A DNA stretch of 64,000 nucleotides from Bacilli bacterium (GCA_017459425.1 JAFUCZ010000030.1:83651-147650), one strand, 5' to 3'. Positions 46,878-58,081 are shown, counted from the stretch's first letter. The notes: a model not told the origin generated them from the letters alone. Numbers and translations: made by a program.

Positions 46878-47351
46878 ATGAACGATATTTACGATAAGTA
46901 TTACGATAAATTATTTAATTGGTCTAAGGCTAAAACAAATAATATAAGTGATGCAGAAGATTTGACAAATAGTGTATTCTTGGCATTATTTGAGTATTTA
47001 AATAAGAATATTGATGTTGAAAAATTAGATAATTTAATTTGGAAAATTGCTTATAATTTATGGTGCACCAAAGCAAAATCCTATATTAAAGATAAGAACA
47101 ATGTTCTTTTTGATGAGAATTACTATACATACTCAAATGATGAAATGATTGATAAGATAATTTATAAAGAAATAGTTGACAATATTAGTAATGTTGGTTT
47201 AACTGAAAAAGAAGAAACATCTTTTAGACTATATTATATTGATGACCTTTCAATAAAAGAAATAAGTAGTAAATTGTGTACTACTGAATCAAATATAAAA
47301 TATTACTTATACAATGCAAGAAAGAAAATAAAGGAGAGATATTATGAATAA
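46878..47351 (+). CDS. sigma-70 family (ECF/SigI-like) RNA polymerase sigma factor
   Basis: A C-terminal region-4 HTH LSIKEISSKLCTTESNIKYYLYNARKKI is present. Confidence 0.55.
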   Translation: MNDIYDKYYDKLFNWSKAKTNNISDAEDLTNSVFLALFEYLNKNIDVEKLDNLIWKIAYNLWCTKAKSYIKDKNNVLFDENYYTYSNDEMIDKIIYKEIVDNISNVGLTEKEETSFRLYYIDDLSIKEISSKLCTTESNIKYYLYNARKKIKERYYE

Positions 47352-48030
47352 TTTTAATTTCGATAAGTATTTAAATATTGTTAATGAAGAAAAAAAGAAA
47401 TATGGGCTTGATTTATATGCTCCATTATATCCAATGTTTAGAATGGAAAATGGTAAACTTTATGTTGGAGTTATGCTTGTTAATGATGATGATAATGTAT
47501 GGAGTAAAGAAAGCAAGGTTAAACCTGAATATTGGGCTTTAATCGATATTGATACAGAAAAGATTGTATCTTTTAATAAAACTGAAGAAAAAGATTTTGT
47601 AGTAGGTGAAATCATACCTAAAACATATGATAATAAAGAAAAAGAAATATCCAAATATACAGTAGAAAAGACAATACAATATAGAGATTATTTGAAAGAG
47701 GATATTAAGAATTTCAAGGCTCCATTACAAGTAAAATTAGAAGAATTACTTGGTGAAGAAGTTGAGATTGATGGAGAAAAAATAAATATTAGTGATTATG
47801 TTTTTGCTAATATAGAGGAAGAAATCAATGATAAACTTAATAAATTAGTTGAAATGTTGATTTGGACAAAGTATGGTTCAGTTGTATTCTATTATGATTT
47901 GTTATATAGACAAGTTATTGAAGAACATAAGAAAGGTAATACAGATTTAGATAAAATTAAATTATGTGCTGAAATAATGAATAATTATTATGCAGGTGTT
48001 ACATATATTGATAATTTCTTTAATGTTTAA
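47344..48030 (+). CDS. hypothetical protein overlapping sigma gene stop (possible cognate regulator)
   Basis: An ATGA overlap is present. Confidence 0.3.
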   Translation: MNNFNFDKYLNIVNEEKKKYGLDLYAPLYPMFRMENGKLYVGVMLVNDDDNVWSKESKVKPEYWALIDIDTEKIVSFNKTEEKDFVVGEIIPKTYDNKEKEISKYTVEKTIQYRDYLKEDIKNFKAPLQVKLEELLGEEVEIDGEKINISDYVFANIEEEINDKLNKLVEMLIWTKYGSVVFYYDLLYRQVIEEHKKGNTDLDKIKLCAEIMNNYYAGVTYIDNFFNV

Positions 48031-48249
48031 TTATTAAAAATAGGGGGTATTAATATGACTAGACAAGAGAAAATTATAAGATTAAAAGAATTAAAATATT
48101 ATCTTATAATGTATAAAGAATATAAACCACAAGATGTAGAAGAAAAGATTGAGGAAAAAGAAAATGATTTAGATAAACCAAAAGTTTTGGTATTAAAAAA
48201 ATCATATCATGGAAAAATGTTAAAAGTTGGATAGTAAGAGGTGTGATTT

Positions 48250-48528
48250 ATGGCAAATTTTTGTTCTGATTGTGCTAATTTAGATACAAAAGATAAAAAA
48301 GTTGATGGTGTTTATAAATGCAAGAAATTAAAGGAGTATGTTCCTGCAAATACTCCTTCTTGCGATAAGTTTGAAAAATCTTATTCAAGAGATTGGTATG
48401 AAAAAGAAAAACTATATGATGATGGTAAGGAAGCATCTAATAAGTTTAGTGGAAAAGAGATTAGTATTATTGTTCCTATTATACTTATTGTTTTATTGAT
48501 AATATTAAAGTTGCTTAAGGTTGTTTAG
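48250..48528 (+). CDS. Zn-ribbon (CxxC...C) + C-terminal TM small protein
   Basis: The sequence CSDCANLD...CKK...C is followed by a TM helix. Confidence 0.35.
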   Translation: MANFCSDCANLDTKDKKVDGVYKCKKLKEYVPANTPSCDKFEKSYSRDWYEKEKLYDDGKEASNKFSGKEISIIVPIILIVLLIILKLLKVV

Positions 48529-48545
48529 ATTGGAGTGTGATATTT

Positions 48546-49394
48546 ATGAGTGAAAAAATGATATATATTGATGTAATAAATAATATTATGCCTTATGTTA
48601 TATCCCATACTAATATGTATTCATTAGAAAATAAAATTGATTCAAGTAAATTATCAAATATACATTTTAGTGAAAAGAATAATCATTATATAATTGAAGT
48701 AAAAGATACTTCTGATAGAAAGTTGTATTTTGTAGCAAATATTGATGGTATTATTGAAAAAATATATGAATCATCTTTAGATGGAATTTTGTTATATACA
48801 AATACAAAACAAAATAGTGAAAATAGTATTAACGATTATAATAAAAATAGTAAACCTGAATTATTAGATAAAAATACTTTTTATAAATTATTAAATGATA
48901 ACGACAATAATTCAAAGAATATAAATATAAATAATATGCATGTAACACCTGAACAAAATGAAAGAATTAAGGATATTGTAAAAGATTTTGATATTAATAA
49001 TAGAGAAGATGCTTTAAATAAGCTTGATTCAGTATTTGATGTATTAACTGAGGGAATGGATAAAGAGGAAAAAGAAAAACTAAAAAATGATATTAATGAT
49101 AATAAAACTGTTTCAATTCAAAAAGAAGAATTACTTAATAATGTAAAGAAAGTATTATTAGAATGGATTAATTCATTAAGAAATCTACAAGATGACATGT
49201 GGGTACAAAATTCAAGAATTTATCGTGCTAAATTAGATTATTATCTATCGTTTTTGATAAAAGATTCTACGGATTCTGTTTCTTTAAAAAGATATAATTA
49301 TCTGCCAATGATAGATGAAATTATTAAAGAAAAAAATAAAGAAAAATTATATAAAGTTATTCAAGAATTAATTGCTATGGAATTAGATTATTAA
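48546..49394 (+). CDS. hypothetical protein
   Basis: An ORF. Confidence 0.3.
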   Translation: MSEKMIYIDVINNIMPYVISHTNMYSLENKIDSSKLSNIHFSEKNNHYIIEVKDTSDRKLYFVANIDGIIEKIYESSLDGILLYTNTKQNSENSINDYNKNSKPELLDKNTFYKLLNDNDNNSKNININNMHVTPEQNERIKDIVKDFDINNREDALNKLDSVFDVLTEGMDKEEKEKLKNDINDNKTVSIQKEELLNNVKKVLLEWINSLRNLQDDMWVQNSRIYRAKLDYYLSFLIKDSTDSVSLKRYNYLPMIDEIIKEKNKEKLYKVIQELIAMELDY

Positions 49395-49413
49395 AATATT
49401 AGAGAGGTATAAT

Positions 49414-50598
49414 ATGAGTTTAGAAAGAAGTCGTAGTAATAGTATTGATGGACAATGGATTATTGATAATGAAACAAATGAAAAATTTGTTGGTCCCAGT
49501 ATTAATAGACAAAATTTTAGTGATCAAGTGATTGAACAGGTAAAGCGAATTCAGGAAGGTTTAAATCAAATTGATGTTCCTTCTTCATCTTCTACTAATC
49601 CGGGTAATAATAGTACAGTCGATGACCCATTGGATGCTGATGACCCATTGGATGCTGATATTGAAGATTTGATTAGTGATTTAGATATTTTATTTGATGG
49701 TCCTGTCCCTTCAAAACAACATCATAATAATGATAATCAACTTTTGATTAAAATAAGTAATATTGAAAAGGAATTGGAGGAATTAAATAAAAAAATTAAT
49801 TCAATTTATTTTGAATCTATAGGTTCACATTTTACAACACTTGTATCAGAACAATATCCCGATATATATTCTAGTTTTATGAAACAGCAAGAAGAATATA
49901 AAAGAACAATGGATGATGTTAAATTTTTAAATACAGAAGATAAATATAGAAAACTTTTAGAACAATTAGAAATTGCAAAAGAAACATTAAAAATATATGA
50001 ATTGTTTTATGGTAAATTTAAAGAAGTACAAAAGGAATATATAAAACAACAAACTCAAAGCAATAATTTGAATAGTCAGATTAATACTTCAAAAAAAGAA
50101 GATATAACTTTAAATGGAAAAAAAATTATTGATGGTTTACTACAACAATTTCCAGATATAACATCTATTGATCCAAATAATCCAAATTGTTTAAGGACTG
50201 TCGATGGAAAATATATTTTGAATGTTACTAATAATTATATAGCAACTCTTGGTATTCCAATCAGTAAGGAAGACTTTTTAACATTAGTTGATTATTTTGA
50301 GATACATCCTGAACGCATTAGATTTAATGATATTAAAATGCCAAAACAACAAGAAATAAAAAATGATGAATCGCAAGAGGATTTGATTAGAAAAAAGCAA
50401 GTAATAAATGAGATAGTAGTTGCAATGATGAATAATGGAGAATTTCCTGAAACAAATATGGATGTAGATAAAAGATTATGGGATATGCGAGTTGCAGAAG
50501 AACAATTAAAAAAGAAATCTTTAGAAGAATTAGAATTACTTTTATCTACTTATAATAAAACAGATGAGAATACTAATTCGTCTGGATTAAGAAAATAA
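49414..50598 (+). CDS. hypothetical protein with DDPLDA tandem duplication
   Basis: An ORF containing an 18-bp tandem repeat at 49621-49656. Confidence 0.3.
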   Translation: MSLERSRSNSIDGQWIIDNETNEKFVGPSINRQNFSDQVIEQVKRIQEGLNQIDVPSSSSTNPGNNSTVDDPLDADDPLDADIEDLISDLDILFDGPVPSKQHHNNDNQLLIKISNIEKELEELNKKINSIYFESIGSHFTTLVSEQYPDIYSSFMKQQEEYKRTMDDVKFLNTEDKYRKLLEQLEIAKETLKIYELFYGKFKEVQKEYIKQQTQSNNLNSQINTSKKEDITLNGKKIIDGLLQQFPDITSIDPNNPNCLRTVDGKYILNVTNNYIATLGIPISKEDFLTLVDYFEIHPERIRFNDIKMPKQQEIKNDESQEDLIRKKQVINEIVVAMMNNGEFPETNMDVDKRLWDMRVAEEQLKKKSLEELELLLSTYNKTDENTNSSGLRK

Positions 50599-50611
50599 CG
50601 GAGGTAATAAT

Positions 50612-51193
50612 ATGGAAATGATGTCGGATAGTTCTTTTAGAAAAATTAATGAGAATAAAACAATTGAAGAACTTTATTCAATGAAAAAAGATTATGAACA
50701 AAAAGTTAAAGAATATGAACAAATAAAGGATCAACCTTCACCTTTTGGAGAAGGCGCAAATATGGTTAAATACAAAATGTTTCAAAAGTATTTAAATGTG
50801 ATAAATGAACTGATAGATGAAAGTGAAAATAATAAAAGATTAATCGAAGAAGATTTTGAAAATGGTTTAAATAGATTATTTTATGGACATCTTGGGACAG
50901 ATTTTAACCGTGAATATCAGAGAAAAGCTGAAGCCCAATTGATAGAATGGTGTGAAAATTTTAAAAAGGGAGAATTTGATTATTTAAAATTTGTAAAAGG
51001 TGCTATTAAATTATCTTACGATATAGAATATCTTAATTCGACAGCTTTAGTAGACTTTGAAGATAGATTAATATATTGGGATGATAACAAACAAGAACAC
51101 TCTTTAAAAGTCGCTGACAAGTTGATTGAATTAATAAAAACAGAAGGTTCCGATGCTTTTGAAGTTAAAATATATGCTGATGATAAGAAATAG
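50612..51193 (+). CDS. hypothetical protein
   Basis: An ORF with an RBS. Confidence 0.3.
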   Translation: MEMMSDSSFRKINENKTIEELYSMKKDYEQKVKEYEQIKDQPSPFGEGANMVKYKMFQKYLNVINELIDESENNKRLIEEDFENGLNRLFYGHLGTDFNREYQRKAEAQLIEWCENFKKGEFDYLKFVKGAIKLSYDIEYLNSTALVDFEDRLIYWDDNKQEHSLKVADKLIELIKTEGSDAFEVKIYADDKK

Positions 51194-51210
51194 ACATAAG
51201 GGGATGAATT

Positions 51211-51861
51211 ATGTTAAAGCATATAATTAATGATGATATTGAAATATTTTATAATGAATGTGATCAGAAATATATAGGAAAAATAATTAGTTATTTTGAG
51301 TTGTACTACAAAGATGTAATGAATTATTTCAATATCAGTAAAATGGATAAAAAAATTATTATCAGGTTATGGGATAATTCAGATTCTTTTAGAGATGAGT
51401 TAAAGAAAGTGACAGGCAATGATATGCCATTTTGGGCTATAGGTAGTTCTAAAAATGATAGAAATGATGAATATTCTAGAATTGACTATTTATCTTTAAA
51501 AGAAATTAAAAAGATAGATTATCATAAAGATGAAACTGTTGCTGATTTAAAAAAAGGTATTTTGCACGAATTTGTACATACTTGTAATAGTCAGTCGTGT
51601 AATTATAATTATCCAAAGGAATATTTTCTGACTGAGGGTGTTGCTACTTATTTAGCTCATCAATATGATAATTGTGAGCTTAATGTTCCTATTAAAACAA
51701 TATTAGACGATGTCGATTATGTTGAATATGAGAATTATAGGTATTTGTTTAATAAATTGGTTGAATTATACAGTCATGATGATTTATTGGATATTTTAAA
51801 TAATAAAACTAAATTAGATTATGAAAAAGTAATAAATTATATAAATGACTTTAGTAAATAA
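51211..51861 (+). CDS. hypothetical protein with HExxH (LHEFVH) motif
   Basis: A metallopeptidase-like motif. Confidence 0.3.
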   Translation: MLKHIINDDIEIFYNECDQKYIGKIISYFELYYKDVMNYFNISKMDKKIIIRLWDNSDSFRDELKKVTGNDMPFWAIGSSKNDRNDEYSRIDYLSLKEIKKIDYHKDETVADLKKGILHEFVHTCNSQSCNYNYPKEYFLTEGVATYLAHQYDNCELNVPIKTILDDVDYVEYENYRYLFNKLVELYSHDDLLDILNNKTKLDYEKVINYINDFSK

Positions 51862-51887
51862 AAAATATTATTTGAAAGGAGAGTAAA

Positions 51888-52244
51888 ATGGAAAGTTTAT
51901 TCTTATTAAATGAAGGTAATGATGTAGAAATTAAACTTACTAAATCTAGTAATTCTGGAATTAGTAATGATAGTTTTTGGTATAAGTTTTATTTTGCTGT
52001 TAGAAATGGTGAAATGATTCAAATAGAATATTGTGATGAAACTTTGTTGACTAATGAATTGAAAAAAATAGTAAAAGATATAGAATTTCTTAATATGGAG
52101 AAAAATGTGGAATTTAAAAAGGTTAATGGAATTAGATATTTATGTATTAAATTTTATCCTTCTTCTGATTGGTATATGTTAAGGATTTCTGATTATAATT
52201 TCAATTTATTAAAAGAGTATATTGAGAAAAAACTAAATGATTAG
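51888..52244 (+). CDS. hypothetical protein
   Basis: An ORF. Confidence 0.3.
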   Translation: MESLFLLNEGNDVEIKLTKSSNSGISNDSFWYKFYFAVRNGEMIQIEYCDETLLTNELKKIVKDIEFLNMEKNVEFKKVNGIRYLCIKFYPSSDWYMLRISDYNFNLLKEYIEKKLND

Positions 52245-52393
52245 TTATTTATAAAAATATAGGGCAAATTATATAAAAGTTTGTCTTTTTTTGTTATAAT
52301 TGTATATATAAGATAGAGGTGGATTGATTTATATAAATAACTGGGTTTATGTGATAAGGTTAAAAAAATCTTAAGGTATTTATGGAGGTTTTT

Positions 52394-53209
52394 ATGGAAA
52401 ATGAATTTTATTATAATTTAGTAAATAAGTATTTTAAAAATAAGGTTGTTAGGAAAAAGTTTTATGAGCAAATAGATATGTTTTTTGCTGCCCTGCCAGT
52501 AAAACCTAAAAATTATAAAATAGGTGATTATGTAGAATTAAGAGAAAACTATTTAATACATGGTACTAAAATAAAACCAGAAGAACTTATTAAAATTAAG
52601 AATAATGGCTTATTAGGTGTAGAATTTTATGATAAAGAGTATAGCAATCAAAAGAAACCATATACTTGTGAATTTTGGCATATAAAGGAGAAAACTTTAT
52701 TAGGTGATTATATTAAAAAATATACTGGTGGTACTATTTTTTATGAAACAAGAGAAGGTATGATTGAAAATGTAGTTGCTTTTGATCAAATAGAAAATGA
52801 AATAAAAACAACAAATTTGGATTATTTTCAATGGCAAGTATATCAAACAAAAGAAGGTAGATTCTTACCAACTAATAAGAAAGTTACTATGTCTTTTATT
52901 ATAAATGGAACAAACAATACTAAATTATTAAATAATTCAATTCAAAGTGATGACTTAGATGAAAATATTAAGAAAAAAATATTACCAAAATGGTTTTATG
53001 ATAAATATGTTAAGGGTGGTTTTCATAATTATGACTCATATGAAACAAGAAGAGAATCAGCGATTTTATTTGGAATACCAAGTAGTTTGATTGAGGGAAT
53101 ATGTGTTAATAGTTTTATAGAAAAAGATACTAATACACTAAAACAGATAAAAGAAATTTTCCCTAATTGTTATATATGCAATGTTGAAGGAAAGGTCATT
53201 GTTGAATGA
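52394..53209 (+). CDS. hypothetical protein
   Basis: ATG after GGAGG. Confidence 0.3.
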   Translation: MENEFYYNLVNKYFKNKVVRKKFYEQIDMFFAALPVKPKNYKIGDYVELRENYLIHGTKIKPEELIKIKNNGLLGVEFYDKEYSNQKKPYTCEFWHIKEKTLLGDYIKKYTGGTIFYETREGMIENVVAFDQIENEIKTTNLDYFQWQVYQTKEGRFLPTNKKVTMSFIINGTNNTKLLNNSIQSDDLDENIKKKILPKWFYDKYVKGGFHNYDSYETRRESAILFGIPSSLIEGICVNSFIEKDTNTLKQIKEIFPNCYICNVEGKVIVE

Positions 53210-53470
53210 TATAAAAAAAGTATTATTGGAAATAAATAGAAAAAAGTATTTGTAATTTTATAAATTTTATGTTAAAATACCTTTCAATTGGAAAGGAGTG
53301 TGATTAACATGATTAAATTAAATAACAACAAATATGAATATTTTGATAGTAATAGTGGGTTAATTGCACTCTTTTTAACTATATAATTTTTTAGGTTAAA
53401 TGATTTCTTTTGGCTCTCTATTACTAGAGGGTCTTTTTGTATATAAAAGACTTTAGAATGGAGAGATAGT

Positions 53471-54325
53471 ATGGATATAAAAGAAATTATTGAAAATGAA
53501 CTTGGGATAGTAGTGAATAATATTTCTATTTTAGGACAAGGATTAGATAGTATTGCTTATAGAGTTAATAATGAATATATTTTTAAAATGTCTAAGCATA
53601 ATGAGGCTAGAGAAAATCTTAAGAAAGAAATAAATGTTTTAAATTATTTAAAAGGAAAACTATCATTACAAATACCAACTATTGAATTTTATAGTGAAAA
53701 ATATAGTGTTTGTGGATATAAAGAAATTAAAGGTGAAAAACTTACTAATGAAATATATAATTCTATGTCTATAGAAGAACAAGAAGATTTAGCACGTTCA
53801 ATAGCTCAATTTTTAAAGGAATTACATTCATTACCTTTACCAGAAATTGAAGATTTAGAATTAGATGTTATTGAGGATTATAAAGGTGATTATGAATCTT
53901 TAAAAGAATTAATATATAATGATATTCCTAAAAAATCTCAAGAATATTTAGATAGTTTGTTTAGAAGAATATTATCTGATGAAAGAATTATAAAGTATAC
54001 AAGAGTATTATGTCATAATGATTTAAGTTGCAATCACATTATAATGCAAAATAATAGAGTTGTTGGAATAATCGATTTTGGTGATGTTGCTATTACTGAT
54101 AGAGATAAAGATTTTATATATTTACTTGAAAATAGTAGTGAAGAATTAGGAAGAGATTTTGGATTAAAAGTATTGGATTATTATAATCATCCAAATAAAG
54201 ACATTGCAGTATTAAAGTCTGATTTAAATGATGAATATTATCCAATTGAACAAATATTAGGTGGACAATCAAAAGAATTAAAAGAAATGTATAATGATGG
54301 ATTAAATAAGATAAGAAATATATAA
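53471..54325 (+). CDS. aminoglycoside/antibiotic phosphotransferase (APH-family kinase)
   Basis: The catalytic loop HNDLSCNHI and the IDFGD motif are present. Confidence 0.7.
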   Translation: MDIKEIIENELGIVVNNISILGQGLDSIAYRVNNEYIFKMSKHNEARENLKKEINVLNYLKGKLSLQIPTIEFYSEKYSVCGYKEIKGEKLTNEIYNSMSIEEQEDLARSIAQFLKELHSLPLPEIEDLELDVIEDYKGDYESLKELIYNDIPKKSQEYLDSLFRRILSDERIIKYTRVLCHNDLSCNHIIMQNNRVVGIIDFGDVAITDRDKDFIYLLENSSEELGRDFGLKVLDYYNHPNKDIAVLKSDLNDEYYPIEQILGGQSKELKEMYNDGLNKIRNI

Positions 54326-54337
54326 GGTGGTGATTTT

Positions 54338-54844
54338 ATGGGTAAAGTCATAATAGTATGTGGCAAAATATGTAGTGGTAAAAGTTATTATTCTAAAATG
54401 ATAAAAGATTCTTTGAATGCTGTTATTATTAGTCCTGATGAGGCTACATATGAACTAATTAATAATGAACAAGGAGAATTTTATAATGTTTTTTCTAGTA
54501 GGCTTAATAAATATTTAACTAAAAAAGTTGGAGAAATTGCTAAAGCTGGTGCTAATGTAATTTTTGAAAGAGGTCTTTGGTCTAAAAAAGATAGAAAAGA
54601 TATTAAAGAATATTACAAAAATATGGGAATAGACTCTGAAATACATTATGTATGTGTAGATGATGAAACTTGGAAACAAAATATTACTGAAAGAAACAAA
54701 AGAGTTTTAGAAGGTAACGGTGGATCTGATTTTTATTTAGATGAAGGCTTAATGAAAAAGTTAGAGTCTAAGTGGGAAGAACCTACTCGTGATGAAGTTG
54801 ATGTAATATATAAAGTTGATAGAAATAAGAATAAAAAGAAATAA
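54338..54844 (+). CDS. P-loop kinase (AAA_33 / chloramphenicol-phosphotransferase-like)
   Basis: Walker A is GKICSGKS. Confidence 0.5.
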   Translation: MGKVIIVCGKICSGKSYYSKMIKDSLNAVIISPDEATYELINNEQGEFYNVFSSRLNKYLTKKVGEIAKAGANVIFERGLWSKKDRKDIKEYYKNMGIDSEIHYVCVDDETWKQNITERNKRVLEGNGGSDFYLDEGLMKKLESKWEEPTRDEVDVIYKVDRNKNKKK

Positions 54845-54854
54845 GGTTGTTTAT

Positions 54855-55364
54855 ATGGAATATGTAATTAGAAGAAAAGAACAAAAAGACTGTTATGCTG
54901 TTGCTCATGTTGTAACAGTAGCATGGCAAGAAACATATAGGGGAATAGTTAATGATGAATTTTTAGATAATCTTCCTAATACTGAAAAAGAAAGAGGAGA
55001 AAGATCTTTCAATAGTTTTGATGAAAATGATAATCATCAATTTGTATTAGAGGTTGATGGAGAAATTGTAGGATTTGTTAATGTTGGTTATTCAGATGAT
55101 GAAGATTATAAAAATCAAGGAGAAATATTTGCTCTATATATGATAAAAAAATATAAGGGGAATGGTTTTGGAAGAAAACTAACTGAAATAGGAATAAAAG
55201 AATTAAAGAATCTTGGTTGTACTAAGATGATTATAGGTTGTTTAGAAGGTAATCCATCAAATGAATATTATAAGCATATTGGTGGTAAGTTTATAAAAAC
55301 TAGAACATTTAAATTGCCAAATCAAGAATTGGTAGAAAATGTTTATTATTATGATGAAATATAG
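54855..55364 (+). CDS. GNAT N-acetyltransferase
   Basis: The motif KGNGFGRKL is present. Confidence 0.6.
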   Translation: MEYVIRRKEQKDCYAVAHVVTVAWQETYRGIVNDEFLDNLPNTEKERGERSFNSFDENDNHQFVLEVDGEIVGFVNVGYSDDEDYKNQGEIFALYMIKKYKGNGFGRKLTEIGIKELKNLGCTKMIIGCLEGNPSNEYYKHIGGKFIKTRTFKLPNQELVENVYYYDEI

Positions 55365-55386
55365 TGTAAAAAAGGATGTGGTATAA

Positions 55387-55803
55387 GTGAATTATATAAT
55401 AGAAAATGGTATAGACCCTTTAGAATACAATAGACTTAGAAATACGATAGGTTGGGATTCTAAAGATGAAAGTTTAATAAAAGATGCAGTAAATAGTAGT
55501 GCTATTGTAAAGTCTATAAAAATTGATGATAAAACTATTGGTATGGCAAGAGCAATTGGTGATGGAATATATTATCTGATTGTTGATGTTGTTGTTGACA
55601 AAGAATATCATGGAAAAGGATTTGGTAAGGTACTTATTGATGAAATTTCAAAAGAGGTTTATGGCAGAACACAAGTAGGTCAAAAAGCAAGTATAATTCT
55701 AATTTCTATGCAAGGAAAAGAAGGTTTTTACGAAAAATGTGGATTTAGAAAAGTTCCATTTGATTTTACTGGATATGGAATGATGAAAAGCATTCAAAAA
55801 TAG
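55387..55803 (+). CDS. GNAT N-acetyltransferase
   Basis: The motif HGKGFGKVL is present. Confidence 0.6.
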   Translation: MNYIIENGIDPLEYNRLRNTIGWDSKDESLIKDAVNSSAIVKSIKIDDKTIGMARAIGDGIYYLIVDVVVDKEYHGKGFGKVLIDEISKEVYGRTQVGQKASIILISMQGKEGFYEKCGFRKVPFDFTGYGMMKSIQK

Positions 55804-55850
55804 AAAAATATGTTTTTTTAAAGTTAAGAAAAATGGAAAAGAGGGATATT

Positions 55851-56768
55851 ATGAAAGAATATTATAAGATGTTTAAAGAACTGTTCCCTTATATCAATAG
55901 AGAAGAAGGTAAACACTTTGAAATTATTTGTAATGAAAATAATGAGTTTTTTGAAGAAAAAACAGAAGATGGTAAATTGGTTGGATTTGCTATTGTTAAT
56001 AAGAATACTATTCTTTTATTGATTGTTGATAAGAGTTATAGAAATCAAGGAATAGGAACAAAATTATTGGATAAGTGTGAACAGAGTATAATTTCAAAAG
56101 GTTATGATAAAGTTATTCTAGGTGTTGGCTTTGATTATTTAATGCCTGGTGTTCCAACTAGCGAAAAATATACTAATAGTTGTCATGAAAATTTAGATTC
56201 TTTAGTTAATGATAATGCTTCATCATTCTTTGAAAAGAAAGGATATCATCATTCTTGGGGAGAATGCAATTGCTTTGATATGAAAATGTCTTTAATTAAA
56301 TTTGTTAAAAATGAAAATTCAATTGGTGACATTATTAATGGTATTAATTATAGATGGGCAACTATTAATGATTTAGAAGGTATTATTGAATGTTCTGATG
56401 ATGCGTGTCAGTATCAAGATGAAAAGTTTTCTAAATATTATAGAAATGAAAAATTATATGATGAAAGTAATAATCAAAGAGTTTTAGTAGCAGTAAAAGA
56501 TAATAAAATTGTAGGTACTCTTATTATATCAATAGAAACTGAAGGAAAAGACTTAGGATGTGTAGGATGTACATGTGTATCATTTAAAGAAACACATCAA
56601 GGAATTGGTACAAATATGGTAAGATTAGGTACTAAATATCTAAAAGATATTGGTCTTAATAATGCTAGTTTAAGTTATACATATACAGGATTAGATAAAT
56701 TATATGGTGATTCTGGATATGAGATAAGTACATACTATTTTATGGGTGAAAAAAGATTAAAGAAATAG
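55851..56768 (+). CDS. GNAT-domain protein (two-domain)
   Basis: The motif RNQGIGTKLL is present, plus a second half. Confidence 0.5.
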   Translation: MKEYYKMFKELFPYINREEGKHFEIICNENNEFFEEKTEDGKLVGFAIVNKNTILLLIVDKSYRNQGIGTKLLDKCEQSIISKGYDKVILGVGFDYLMPGVPTSEKYTNSCHENLDSLVNDNASSFFEKKGYHHSWGECNCFDMKMSLIKFVKNENSIGDIINGINYRWATINDLEGIIECSDDACQYQDEKFSKYYRNEKLYDESNNQRVLVAVKDNKIVGTLIISIETEGKDLGCVGCTCVSFKETHQGIGTNMVRLGTKYLKDIGLNNASLSYTYTGLDKLYGDSGYEISTYYFMGEKRLKK

Positions 56769-56780
56769 GGTGATTTAGTT

Positions 56781-57563
56781 ATGAATATATATGAACTAAT
56801 GGAACAAGTTAATAACTGGATTAAAGAAATTTTACAAGATAATTATGTTGGTGTTTATTTTCATGGTTCACTAAGATTAGGAAGCTTTAATCCTAATAAA
56901 TCAGATTTAGATTTTATAATAGTAGTCAAAGATAAAATAAACTCTGAAACAAAAGAATTAATTTGGGATAAAATGTTAGAAAATGAAAAATTATTTCCAA
57001 AAAAGGGATTTGAGTTTAGTGTTGTTTTAGAAGAAAATTGCCAAAATATAAAACATCCTATTGCTTATGAATTACATGGTAGTAGAGATTGGATAGAAAA
57101 ATATAAAAAAGATAAGTGGATAGTTATTAATGATGATTATAAAGTTGATCCAGATTTAGCAAGTCATTTTAATGTTATAAATATTCCAAATGATAAAATG
57201 GATTTTGGTAAGCCATCAAAAGAAGTATTTGAAATGGTTCCCAAAGAATATATTATAGATTCTAATTATCAAGATACATTAGATTGTGTGGAAGAAATTG
57301 TTAATAATCCTGTATATTGTATATTGAATTTGTGTAGATTTTATGCACTAATTAGAGATGATTTAACATTATCAAAATATGATGGTGGGAAATGGGCTTT
57401 AGAAAATATGAATTCAAGTTATAATGATATTATAGAAAATGCTATGAATGATTATATGAGTGATGTTAATATCACTTATGATAATGTAAGATTAAAAGAA
57501 TTTGCACAAGAAATAATTGATAAAACTAATAAGTGTATTAATTCAAGTAAATTAAGGAAGTGA
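56781..57563 (+). CDS. aminoglycoside/lincosamide nucleotidyltransferase (ANT(9)/Lnu-like)
   Basis: The motif [27 protein letters not shown] is a polymerase-beta NTase motif. Confidence 0.6.
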   Translation: MNIYELMEQVNNWIKEILQDNYVGVYFHGSLRLGSFNPNKSDLDFIIVVKDKINSETKELIWDKMLENEKLFPKKGFEFSVVLEENCQNIKHPIAYELHGSRDWIEKYKKDKWIVINDDYKVDPDLASHFNVINIPNDKMDFGKPSKEVFEMVPKEYIIDSNYQDTLDCVEEIVNNPVYCILNLCRFYALIRDDLTLSKYDGGKWALENMNSSYNDIIENAMNDYMSDVNITYDNVRLKEFAQEIIDKTNKCINSSKLRK

Positions 57564-57568
57564 TGGTT

Positions 57569-58081
57569 ATGGATAATTTTATTTGTAAAGTAGCAAATAG
57601 AGAAGAATTGTTAAGAAGATGGGATTATTTAATTAAAATTCATCCAAATAATAATAAGTGGGTTGAATTCAAAGAGAATACACTAAAAAAATATGATGAA
57701 AATAGTATTATTTCTTATTTAGGATTTTTAAATGATGAAATTATATGTGAAGCAACAGCATATATAAAAGAATCAGCCTTTATTGGCGATATAAGTGATC
57801 CGTCTAATTTATTAAACGATAATATGGCATATTTAGCTGCTTTCAGAACAAATAAAGAATTTGAAGGCAAAGGATATTTCAGCAAGTTATATAATTTTGT
57901 TGAAAATGATTTGAAAGAAAGAGGATATAAAGAATTATCTTTAGGTGTTAGTCCAGAAGCAGTTAGAAATATAGAAATATATTTTCATTTAGGATTCAGA
58001 GATTATATTAAAACTTTAATAGAGTGCGAACAATCAAAAGAAGAAGAGGCAATTATTTTCTATAAGAAGAAAATAAGGTAA
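57569..58081 (+). CDS. GNAT-like acetyltransferase
   Basis: The sequence EFEGKGYFSKL is present. Confidence 0.45.
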   Translation: MDNFICKVANREELLRRWDYLIKIHPNNNKWVEFKENTLKKYDENSIISYLGFLNDEIICEATAYIKESAFIGDISDPSNLLNDNMAYLAAFRTNKEFEGKGYFSKLYNFVENDLKERGYKELSLGVSPEAVRNIEIYFHLGFRDYIKTLIECEQSKEEEAIIFYKKKIR

